Positions 10,376-18,399 of a stretch of 64,000 nucleotides of DNA are shown one piece after another; the stretch's first letter is position 1; every line of letters begins with the position of its first letter. The translations under genes were made by a program, and so were the position numbers. Source of the DNA: Flavobacteriales bacterium (GTDB lineage: Bacteria > Bacteroidota > Bacteroidia > Palsa-965); assembly GCA_040377305.1 (NCBI GenBank), contig JBEIPA010000004.1, positions 160,001 to 224,000 of the forward strand, in the 5' to 3' direction. The notes beneath the pieces were generated by a model. That model was given only the letters and a program-made list of their open reading frames with translations. It was not told the DNA's origin and did not search any database.

Positions 10376-11173
10376 ATGGCAGACTGGAGTAACGAGATTT
10401 CCGCCGAACGCAACGATATGGTGTTCGAGTCGAGAAACAAAGACTACGGAGCGTACCAGATCCGTCGCAGCTATGGAAAAATAGTTGCGATTGCAGGTGG
10501 TAGCGCAACGCTTTCGTTGATCTTCTTCCTGTTCGTGTACCGCATTATCAATGCACCGGACGCAGAAGACACTTCGAAAAAAGACCAGCAAAACGTTGAG
10601 GTAATTCTCAAAGAACCGCCTCCGGTAGACAAAACGGCTCCACCGCCACCACCGCCACCACCACCGCCACCACCACAAGTGAAGATGTTCCAGTTCACTG
10701 AACCGGAAATCGTGGAAGAACCTGAAACTCCTCCTGTAAACGTTCAGGAAGACGACAAGAAAATCGGTGCGGAAAACCAGGACGGTGATGAAGATGCTCC
10801 ACCTGAAGTAATTCCTGAAACGGTGACTCAGCAAATCGCAGAAGCACCAGACGAGGTACTCTCTTTCGCTGAGGAAATGCCGAAATATCCGGGAGGCGAA
10901 GCTGCTTTTCAGGCGTATCTCCAGGCAAACGTTCGCTATCCGCAAATGGAAAAAGAACAGGGCAAAGAAGGTACTGTTTACATCTACTTCGAAGTCTCTA
11001 AAGACGGCACAGTAGGCAATGTGAAAACTGCGAAAGGCGTACCGGGAGCTCCGGGACTTTCTAAAGAAGCAGAACGCGTTGTACGCTCTATGCCACCTTG
11101 GGAACCAGGAAAAATGAACGGCCGCACAGTAAAAGTGAGCCAGACAGTTCCTGTTCGCTTTACACTTAAGTAA
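10376..11173 (+). CDS. tonB: Energy transducer TonB
   Basis: Bacteroidota N-terminal VFESRNKDYGAY, a TM segment, a poly-Pro linker and a TonB_C domain (YPQMEKEQGKEGTVYIYF...WEPGKMNG). Confidence 0.93.
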   Translation: MADWSNEISAERNDMVFESRNKDYGAYQIRRSYGKIVAIAGGSATLSLIFFLFVYRIINAPDAEDTSKKDQQNVEVILKEPPPVDKTAPPPPPPPPPPPPQVKMFQFTEPEIVEEPETPPVNVQEDDKKIGAENQDGDEDAPPEVIPETVTQQIAEAPDEVLSFAEEMPKYPGGEAAFQAYLQANVRYPQMEKEQGKEGTVYIYFEVSKDGTVGNVKTAKGVPGAPGLSKEAERVVRSMPPWEPGKMNGRTVKVSQTVPVRFTLK

Positions 11174-11184
11174 TCGATTTTAAT

Positions 11185-11418
11185 TTGTTTCTGAACAGCC
11201 CAGGCCGAAGTAAAGTATCATTGATTGTTTCCGCATCAATGGTACTCGTCTTCCTAAGTCTGGGCTGTTTATTTGTATTCACTGATGTGAAAATCGACGA
11301 TTACCCACGTCCTTACCGCAACTACATCGGTTACTTACTGGGAGGATGGGCAATTTTCCGCGGAGTAACTGTCTGGATGAAATTCCGGAGTTCACAACAA
11401 CAAGACGATGAAGAATAA
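11185..11418 (+). CDS. Small two-TM membrane protein in the tonB-pstS-like operon
   Basis: Two hydrophobic segments; fills the gap between tonB and the next gene, overlapping its start. The start codon is uncertain. Confidence 0.65.
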   Translation: MFLNSPGRSKVSLIVSASMVLVFLSLGCLFVFTDVKIDDYPRPYRNYIGYLLGGWAIFRGVTVWMKFRSSQQQDDEE

Positions 11419-12391
11419 CAATACGCAATGCATAATGCGCAATACGCAGTCACGTATATCCACGGTAACTGCGTATTGCGCATTGTTTATTGCGTATTGC
11501 GCATTGTCTTCTTGCGGGCCAACGAATACAGCCGAAGTTCTCGACACACCGACTTCCGGAAAGATCACGCTCTCGGTTGATGAAAATGTAGAGTCGATTG
11601 CGCAGGAACTCATTGACGTTTTTGAAGATGAATATCAGAATGCATTTCTGATTACTTCATTCAAACCCGAGAATGAAATCGTTCGCGATTTATACAACGA
11701 CTCATCTCGCTTAGCAATCATGACGCGTCGTTTGAACGCAGAAGAAACTGCTTACTTCGAGAACGACCTGAAATTCGGAATCGAACACATTAAAATTGCT
11801 TCCGATGCAGTTGTGTTTATCGTGAACAAAGAAAACACAGACACCGCATTCACAACCGAAACACTGCGCAAAATTCTCCTCGGACAAGACACACTTTGGT
11901 CGCAGGTTGATTCCGCATCAAAACTTGCGCGTATAGACGTCATTTTCGACAACGGTGCTTCATCCACGCTGCGTTTCCTTACCGATTCCCTCATGGGAGG
12001 TCAAAAGCCCGGTAACAACGTTTTTGCAGCCGAGAATGTGGACTCTGTTATCGCTTATGTTGCGCGAAATCCTTCGTCAATTGGAATAGTCTCACTGAAC
12101 GCCATAGGCGATAAGGACTCGCAATTGGCAATGAGCCGCAAAAATCAAATAAAAGTGTGCGCGGTGGGTTTCGATTCACTGTCGGCATACAAACCCAGTC
12201 AATCGGCTGTTGTTGCCCGAAAATACCCGTTTGTACGCGATATCTGGATCATCAAGATCGGCAAACGTGCGGGCCTTGGCACAGGCTTTGCCTCCTTTGT
12301 AATGGGAGAGCGCGGACAATTGATCGTGCAGCGTGCAGGATTAGCACCCGCAGCCCCGGCTGAAAGAACAATTGAATTAACCACGTACTAA
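11408..12391 (+). CDS. PstS-like (PBP_like_2) substrate-binding lipoprotein
   Basis: Lipobox LSSC and motifs DTPTSGKITLSVDE, IASDAVVFIVN, YPFVRDIWII and GLGTGFASF...GQLIV. Confidence 0.85.
   Translation: MKNNNTQCIMRNTQSRISTVTAYCALFIAYCALSSCGPTNTAEVLDTPTSGKITLSVDENVESIAQELIDVFEDEYQNAFLITSFKPENEIVRDLYNDSSRLAIMTRRLNAEETAYFENDLKFGIEHIKIASDAVVFIVNKENTDTAFTTETLRKILLGQDTLWSQVDSASKLARIDVIFDNGASSTLRFLTDSLMGGQKPGNNVFAAENVDSVIAYVARNPSSIGIVSLNAIGDKDSQLAMSRKNQIKVCAVGFDSLSAYKPSQSAVVARKYPFVRDIWIIKIGKRAGLGTGFASFVMGERGQLIVQRAGLAPAAPAERTIELTTY
11419..11499. repeat. ~32-bp imperfect inverted repeat built from 7-nt units (AATACGC/AATGCGC) inside the signal-peptide coding region
   Basis: caatacgcaatgcataatgcgcaatacgcagt (11419-11450) pairs with actgcgtattgcgcattgtttattgcgtattg (11468-11499). 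Confidence 0.85.
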
Positions 12392-12474
12392 GGAAGTAGT
12401 TATTTTTGCGGTCTTCTTACATCCTCCGGCTCTGGTCGGATGACAAGAAACCACCAATTCAACAGGAGTAAATT

Positions 12475-14186
12475 ATGAATAAAATGCATCTTAAAATCGC
12501 AGCAGGAATTGCCCTCACAATTTTCACCAGTGTTTCTGTGAATGCACAGACCCTCGCTGATGGAATCCGCCTGACTGAAAACGAGCAGTACACTGCCGCT
12601 AAAGCTGTCTTCAAGAAGCTGGTAGCCGCAGAGCCTACAAATGGAGACAACTTTTTCTACTTCGGAGATCTTCTTCTTAAAATGGAAGATCCGGATTCAG
12701 CATTGATCGTTTTCAAAAAAGGCGTGGACATAGAACCGTCGAATCCGTTAACTCACGTTGGTTACGGACGCGCACTTGCTTACAGCGGAAAAGTTGAAGA
12801 GGGCTTGAAAGAGCTTTCACAGGCGGACGCACTAATTACTGCGCAGAGCGGAAAAAAAGGTACGTTAACTCCGCAGAAGCAAGCTGTTATTCTTTGCGAA
12901 CTTGCAGAGACCTACACGTTCATGCCTACTCCGAATTTCGACAAGGCCATTGATTACACGAACCGTGCAGAGAAACAAGATGCTACCATGCAGATATTTT
13001 CCTCGCTCGTGGCGACGCCTTGCTGGCGAAAGATCCTGTGAACGCAACGCCGGCAATTGAAGCTTACAAGAAAGCTGCTGCAGTTAATCCAAAGTCTGCC
13101 CGTGCAAACGTGCGTATCGGTCGTGTGTACATGCGCGGTAAGAATCCGGGTGAATCAATTAAGTATTACAACCTGGCATTGGCCAGCGAATCAAACTACG
13201 CTCCTGCTTACAGAGAAAAAGCAGAATCGTTTTTCCAGCTCGCAAAAGTTGATTCAGCGACCTTCTACTACGAAAAGTACCTCGCGATCAACCCTGATTG
13301 TTACGCGACTTACCGTTATGCAGCGTTCCTGTATGTGTCTGGTGATTACGACAAAGCAATCGAACAAGGTAACCGCGTTCTTGCTTGCGACAGCAATCTG
13401 GTAGTTGTTGTATACCGTATTATCGCTCGATCATATCTCGAAAAGCAAAATCCTGACTACCTAAAGGCTACTGAGTTTTTCAACCTCTTCCTGGTGAAGC
13501 AGGCTAAGTACGGCAAGCCAAAAGTGATGGCAGACGATTACCTCATGCGCGGACGAGCTTACGCAGGAATGAAAAACGACTCGCTCGCAATTCTTGATTA
13601 CCAGAAAGCGATTACTCTGGACACTGCAAAGAAAGATGTGTTCTTCGATATCGGAAACGCCTATTTCAAACAGAAGAAGTATGACCAGGCGGCCGTATGG
13701 TACATGAAGAAATACGTTGCAGAAATAAATGGTTCAAGTGCTGTTCGAATCACCAACCTGAATGCGTTTGCACAAGCGCTTTACCTGAACAAAGAATATT
13801 CGCGTGCAGATAGTGCGTATGCTGCTGTAATTGCAATCGACTCTACGTTAACTTACGGTTGGATCGGCCGCGCGAAAAGCAATGGTAAGCTCGACAACAA
13901 TGCAGAGAAAGAATTAGCGCGTCCGTACTACGAGCGTTACATCACTATCGCAAACGTTGATTCGGTTTCACAGAAAAAGAATTCCAAAGATCTTGTGATC
14001 GCTTCATTGTACCTCGCGTCTGTTCACGCACGCGCTAAGAACTTCGGATGTGCCAAAGCATATTACGAACTCGCTGCGAAACTCGATCCGGCGAACACAA
14101 CTGCAAAAAGCGGATTAGAAGATAAAGACGTGAAAGCTGCAACTGCTGCTGCTGATTTCGGAACCTGCGTGTTGCCGAAGAAATAA
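12475..14186 (+). pseudogene. Periplasmic TPR protein split by a 1-bp frameshift near 12988 (real lesion or sequencing error)
   Basis: ORFs 12475..13041 and 13020..14186 join into one continuous TPR protein (...KQDAT-N-ADIFLARGDALLAKDPVN...) if one A is added at acc-atg (12985-12990). Confidence 0.8.
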
Positions 14187-14206
14187 GGCGAAAGAAATTT
14201 GAAAGG

Positions 14207-14245
14207 AATCCCGTTCTGTCCCTAAATATCAGAACGGGATTTTTT
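14207..14245 (+). terminator. Rho-independent terminator of the exbB-TPR operon
   Basis: Stem aatcccgttctg / cagaacgggatt followed by a T run. Confidence 0.85.
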
Positions 14246-14260
14246 GATTAACCCGTAACC

Positions 14261-14503
14261 ATGAAGATCTCTCTTACAAAATGTGCAAGTGCTTATCTTG
14301 ATATTGACAGAGATACGCATGCGAACATCTCTTCAGAATTGATCATAAACATTGTTCCTGTTTCAAAAAGCCTCGGAATCGGCAATGCAATTGTGTTTCT
14401 GCGCGATGGCACTTCACTCAACGTAACCGAATCGATAGGCGAAATTTATCTTCAGCTGAACGTAGTGAAAAGTTATTTTGAACTAGGATTCAGCAAGAAC
14501 TGA
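14261..14503 (+). CDS. Small hypothetical protein, possibly FlbD/SwrD-like
   Basis: ATG start after the terminator; 80 aa; pattern ISSELIINI...IVFLRDGTSLNVTESIGEI. Confidence 0.55.
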   Translation: MKISLTKCASAYLDIDRDTHANISSELIINIVPVSKSLGIGNAIVFLRDGTSLNVTESIGEIYLQLNVVKSYFELGFSKN

Positions 14504-14524
14504 AAACAATTTCCGGCCGCTTCT

Positions 14525-15934
14525 TTATTTGTATTTCGCAATCCCGCTCTTAAGCCGGTTCCCGATCGCTGTAAGAATTCCACTCTCTGCAAGCACCACA
14601 ATCGCAAGTAGTGGCAGCAACCAAATAACGCGCGACTGATAACGCGGATTAATAATCGAAATCGCGCCACAGATAAATGCATTGCAATACATCGCGAACA
14701 GTGTGAAGACAATCAGTTGCACGATGCGCGGGAATTCTTTTCGGTATCCGAACAAAAAGAGCGTGATAGCAGCACCCGAAAAGAACAAGAGCCAATTCTG
14801 TCTTCTGTTCTGGTCTTCATACAACAGCACAGAGTTGAATTGTTCCGAATAACCATACTGGTTTATTTCGTTCGCGTAAAACTTCTTCACACCTGTTGTT
14901 GCGGGCGACCATTCATCGCAGCGTGGCGATTCAAACCAACCGTTCAGCTGAAATGAGAAAAACTGTTCGGCGGATTGACCCAGCGCGCGGTGTGCTAACC
15001 ACGTCCACATCTTCGGCGTAGTAATAATGTCTTTGCAGACTACTCCGAAAACTCCTTTGGAATTATCCCAGCCTCCATACTTGTACAAAGGGCTACGGTT
15101 ATAATCCCAGAGGAAATCCAATCCCGCCAGCGAATCTTTGTACTCACACATGATGTAACGTGGATTTTTCTCGCACTCTATGCACAAGAATTTGCGCATG
15201 GTTCCGTCGTGGATGAAATGCCCGGCGAGGAAAATATCCCCGTTGCGTGAGACAAAGAATTTATCGGCATATGAATAATTGATCAACCCCGCCGTTAACC
15301 ACCAGACAGGAAGCAACGCTGCACAGAAAAGAATTCGCTTCCACGCAATGAAATTAAACGACACCCATTTTCTCCATTTCAGTAAGGCTGCGAAAACAAG
15401 TACCAGTAAAAAGATGTACGCGTTACTGTAGTGCACACAGCACGCTGTTACAATGCCTACTGACGCAATGATCAGATGCACACGGGAAATCTCCTGTGTG
15501 CGCAACAACAAAACGGCTCCGAACAACAACGCAACCGGTGTAAAAATATCCGGAAGGATAATTCCTGTTTTGATCGGAAGTCCTGTCGCAAAACACAACA
15601 ACCCCATTGATGCCACAAATGCAAACCTTCGGATACCGATTCTGCTCACAAAGCTGCGAATGAACAACCAAACTGCGTACGATGTCATTATTCCCTGGAA
15701 CAGAATCGTGAACCACAATGATTCACGTAAACTCGTTGCTTTCAAAAACAAGCCGTAACCGATCGGACGATCTGTGGGAACGTATTTGTCCCAGCCGCTG
15801 TACAAGTAAGTTCCCGTGTCGGGATAAACAAGCGGATAACGATTTTTGAAAGCGATCCAGCACAATGCAATGCCCCCAAGAATGATCAGAGCGATATCCG
15901 GTAAATGATGGCGAAGCTTGCGCAGGAAGTGCAT
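14525..15934 (-). CDS. Multi-TM membrane protein, probable GT-C-fold glycosyltransferase
   Basis: About 11 hydrophobic segments, an acidic first loop (YPDTGTY...DRPIGY), a PDIF motif and C-terminal PRYQSRVIWL. Confidence 0.65.
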   Translation of the reverse strand: MHFLRKLRHHLPDIALIILGGIALCWIAFKNRYPLVYPDTGTYLYSGWDKYVPTDRPIGYGLFLKATSLRESLWFTILFQGIMTSYAVWLFIRSFVSRIGIRRFAFVASMGLLCFATGLPIKTGIILPDIFTPVALLFGAVLLLRTQEISRVHLIIASVGIVTACCVHYSNAYIFLLVLVFAALLKWRKWVSFNFIAWKRILFCAALLPVWWLTAGLINYSYADKFFVSRNGDIFLAGHFIHDGTMRKFLCIECEKNPRYIMCEYKDSLAGLDFLWDYNRSPLYKYGGWDNSKGVFGVVCKDIITTPKMWTWLAHRALGQSAEQFFSFQLNGWFESPRCDEWSPATTGVKKFYANEINQYGYSEQFNSVLLYEDQNRRQNWLLFFSGAAITLFLFGYRKEFPRIVQLIVFTLFAMYCNAFICGAISIINPRYQSRVIWLLPLLAIVVLAESGILTAIGNRLKSGIAKYK

Positions 15935-15949
15935 GGAATCAAAGTAACT

Positions 15950-15990
15950 AAAAAAATAGTCCCGACGATCCTTTCAGATGCCGGGACTAT
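15950..15990 (-). terminator. Terminator after the 16006..18309 gene
   Basis: Stem atagtcccg / cgggactat with an A run on the + strand (U tract on the - strand). Confidence 0.75.
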
Positions 15991-16005
15991 ACCATTAAAA
16001 GTTTT

Positions 16006-18309
16006 TTATCGCTGAATGACCACTTTCTTCGTTACTGATTCTTCCGAAGTTATGACACGTACGAAGTACACACCATCCGCAAGGTCGCCCGAATTCATTT
16101 CCTGGTTTACGACATTCACGTTGTTGTACTGTGTTGCAGAAATTACGCGCCCGGAAATATCTGTCATTTCAACGGTCACGTCTTTAGATTCGTTGAGCAG
16201 GAAGGTAACTGTGAAGTGACCATCATTCGGATTAGGATAAATGCTGATCGAATTCTCCAGCGTCTCCTCGCCGATTCCTACATCGACAATAGTCACTGTT
16301 TGCGTGTACGTTTCTGTTCCGCACGGGCCAGTCACAGTAAGTGTAACCGTATAAACTCCGTTTACGGTGTACGTGTGTGCTGGTGTTTGTGAGTTGTCGA
16401 GCGGACTTCCATCATCAAAATTCCAGCTGTATGACCAGGCGCCGGTAGATTGGTTTGTGAAATAAGCTGTAGCCATTGAAACGGTGTGTGTGAACATTGC
16501 CGTTGCCGGCGTTAGAAGAGACACGATTACAATTTCAGAAGCTTCACACCCATTCGCATCTGTTCCGGTTACGTAGTAAGATGTATTTGTAGTCGGACTA
16601 ACCGTGAGCGGATTCGAAGGAGAGTTGTTGCTCCACAAATAAGAGAGCGCACCAGTTGCCGTGAGCGTTGCAGTTCCTCCTGGACAAATTGCCGTGTCCT
16701 GACTCACTGATACGTTAGGAGGTGTGTTTGTAGTAACAACAATGGTGTCGCCAACAGTACAGCCGGAAGGATCTGTTACAGTAACAGAATATGTTCCGCT
16801 TGTTACTGTAATCGTTTGTGAGGTCATTGCATTGCTCCAGAGGTACGTGCTTCCCGGATTGCCCGCATCAAGTACTACGCTCGATAAACAAATTGCAGTG
16901 TCAGGTCCGAGAGTCTGCGTCGGTTGACTGTTAATCGTAACGTTGATTGTGTCGCTGTCAGAGCATCCTGCTGCAGTAAACACGGTTACGGAATAAGCTC
17001 CGGAGCTGCTTGCAGTTGTTGTCTGAGATGAAGTACTGTTCGACCAGAAATACAGATTGCCTGGATTTCCTGCATCTAGCATTACACTTCCTCCGCACTG
17101 AGTAATGTCAGCACCAAGACTAACATTTGGTGCGGGGCTCAGCGTTACGATGATAGAGTCGTTCATCACGCAACCATTCGCGTCAATTACTGTTACTCCC
17201 ACGGTATCGTTGATGTTGACAGAAATTGTCTGCGTAGTAGCACCTGTTGTCCACGAGTAACTCGAGTATCCGCTGCCGGCATCTACAACGAGTGCAGTGC
17301 CACACGTGAGTGTATCGTTACCAAGTGTGTAGAATGGCGGTTGGCCAAGTGTCACCGTAATCGCATCAGTTCCTGTACAACCTTGTGGAGTAATCAGGTT
17401 TACTGAATATGTTCCGCTGGTTGTAATGCTGATTGTTTGCGTGCCTTGTCCTGAACTCCACAGATAACTGCTTCCGGGATAGCCAGCGTCAAGCAAGAAT
17501 GATGTTGCGCACACGGAGGTATCACCACCGAGGGTAACCCCGACCGCTGCGTTGATTGTAATAAATATTGGAACACGCGTACTTGAACATCCGCTGTTTT
17601 GTGTTTCAACCCACATGGTATCGAGACCGGCCGTTGGATATACCGGAGTTGTAAAAGTTGGTCCGGTTCCTTGAGCGGTTCCGCCTGTTGCAACGTCAAA
17701 CCATGTAAGAGTTCCGCTTGTTGTTGATGCGTTCAAAGTTGCAGTTGCTCCGGCACACGTTGTTACTGGTGATGTAACAGTTGGTGTTGGTGGGGTTGTG
17801 CAAAGTACCACGGCATAATCTTCACATTCGCCGAAAGAGTAAGAGCCGCATGGATCCATTGGAACACTTGCGAATGAACAAACAACACGCATCGTCACCT
17901 GACCAGACGCAGGTGGTACGACGAACGAAGACGTGAATGAAGATGTTGACGAGAAGCCGGAGTTGTAAATGAATTCTCCCGCATCATAAAACGAACCGTT
18001 GTCGTTCCAGTCAACCCAAATTCCAAAACCTTGAGACCACGATGACCCGGACTGAACAGTGAAGGTTATCGTTGCAGCCGGAACCGTAGTCAGTATCTGT
18101 GTCGACGAATAATCGATGTAATTATTGGGCATACCATTACAACCCGAGAATAAGTTGGTGATGTTGGTTGACCCTCCTGTCGTGCTGAAATTTTCAATGT
18201 AGTCGGCGCTACTGCAGGCTACAGAGTAGAATGGCTGACATTGAGAAAGTGCCTTCTGCGCAAATCCGAACAAGCCGATAAAAAATAATGCCGTGTAAAG
18301 TCTTCTCAT
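16006..18309 (-). CDS. T9SS type A cargo: GEVED-like N-terminal domain, Ig-like beta repeats, PKD domain, CTD
   Basis: Signal peptide MRRLYTALFF; WVDWNDNGSF...GECEDY; repeated LDAGNPG...YLWS...GTYSVTVT...GC; WNFDDG PKD; IYPNPN...GVYFVRV CTD. Confidence 0.88.
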   Translation of the reverse strand: MRRLYTALFFIGLFGFAQKALSQCQPFYSVACSSADYIENFSTTGGSTNITNLFSGCNGMPNNYIDYSSTQILTTVPAATITFTVQSGSSWSQGFGIWVDWNDNGSFYDAGEFIYNSGFSSTSSFTSSFVVPPASGQVTMRVVCSFASVPMDPCGSYSFGECEDYAVVLCTTPPTPTVTSPVTTCAGATATLNASTTSGTLTWFDVATGGTAQGTGPTFTTPVYPTAGLDTMWVETQNSGCSSTRVPIFITINAAVGVTLGGDTSVCATSFLLDAGYPGSSYLWSSGQGTQTISITTSGTYSVNLITPQGCTGTDAITVTLGQPPFYTLGNDTLTCGTALVVDAGSGYSSYSWTTGATTQTISVNINDTVGVTVIDANGCVMNDSIIVTLSPAPNVSLGADITQCGGSVMLDAGNPGNLYFWSNSTSSQTTTASSSGAYSVTVFTAAGCSDSDTINVTINSQPTQTLGPDTAICLSSVVLDAGNPGSTYLWSNAMTSQTITVTSGTYSVTVTDPSGCTVGDTIVVTTNTPPNVSVSQDTAICPGGTATLTATGALSYLWSNNSPSNPLTVSPTTNTSYYVTGTDANGCEASEIVIVSLLTPATAMFTHTVSMATAYFTNQSTGAWSYSWNFDDGSPLDNSQTPAHTYTVNGVYTVTLTVTGPCGTETYTQTVTIVDVGIGEETLENSISIYPNPNDGHFTVTFLLNESKDVTVEMTDISGRVISATQYNNVNVVNQEMNSGDLADGVYFVRVITSEESVTKKVVIQR

Positions 18310-18342
18310 GGGTAAATCGTGTTTAAAGCCACTGCAATTTAC

Positions 18343-18374
18343 AAAAAAAATAGGACCGGATAAATCCGGTCCTA
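18343..18374 (-). terminator. Terminator between the two paralogous T9SS genes
   Basis: Stem taggaccggat / atccggtccta plus an A8 run on the + strand. Confidence 0.85.
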
Positions 18375-18399
18375 CCACTGAAATCATAGCTTTTTCGCG

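Noticed and set aside
10343-10945. 200-aa minus ORF with a WWWRWWWR tract, and the CCA/CCG repeat at ~10640-10676
   Set aside because: Mirror of the TonB poly-proline linker; not an independent gene or a notable repeat.
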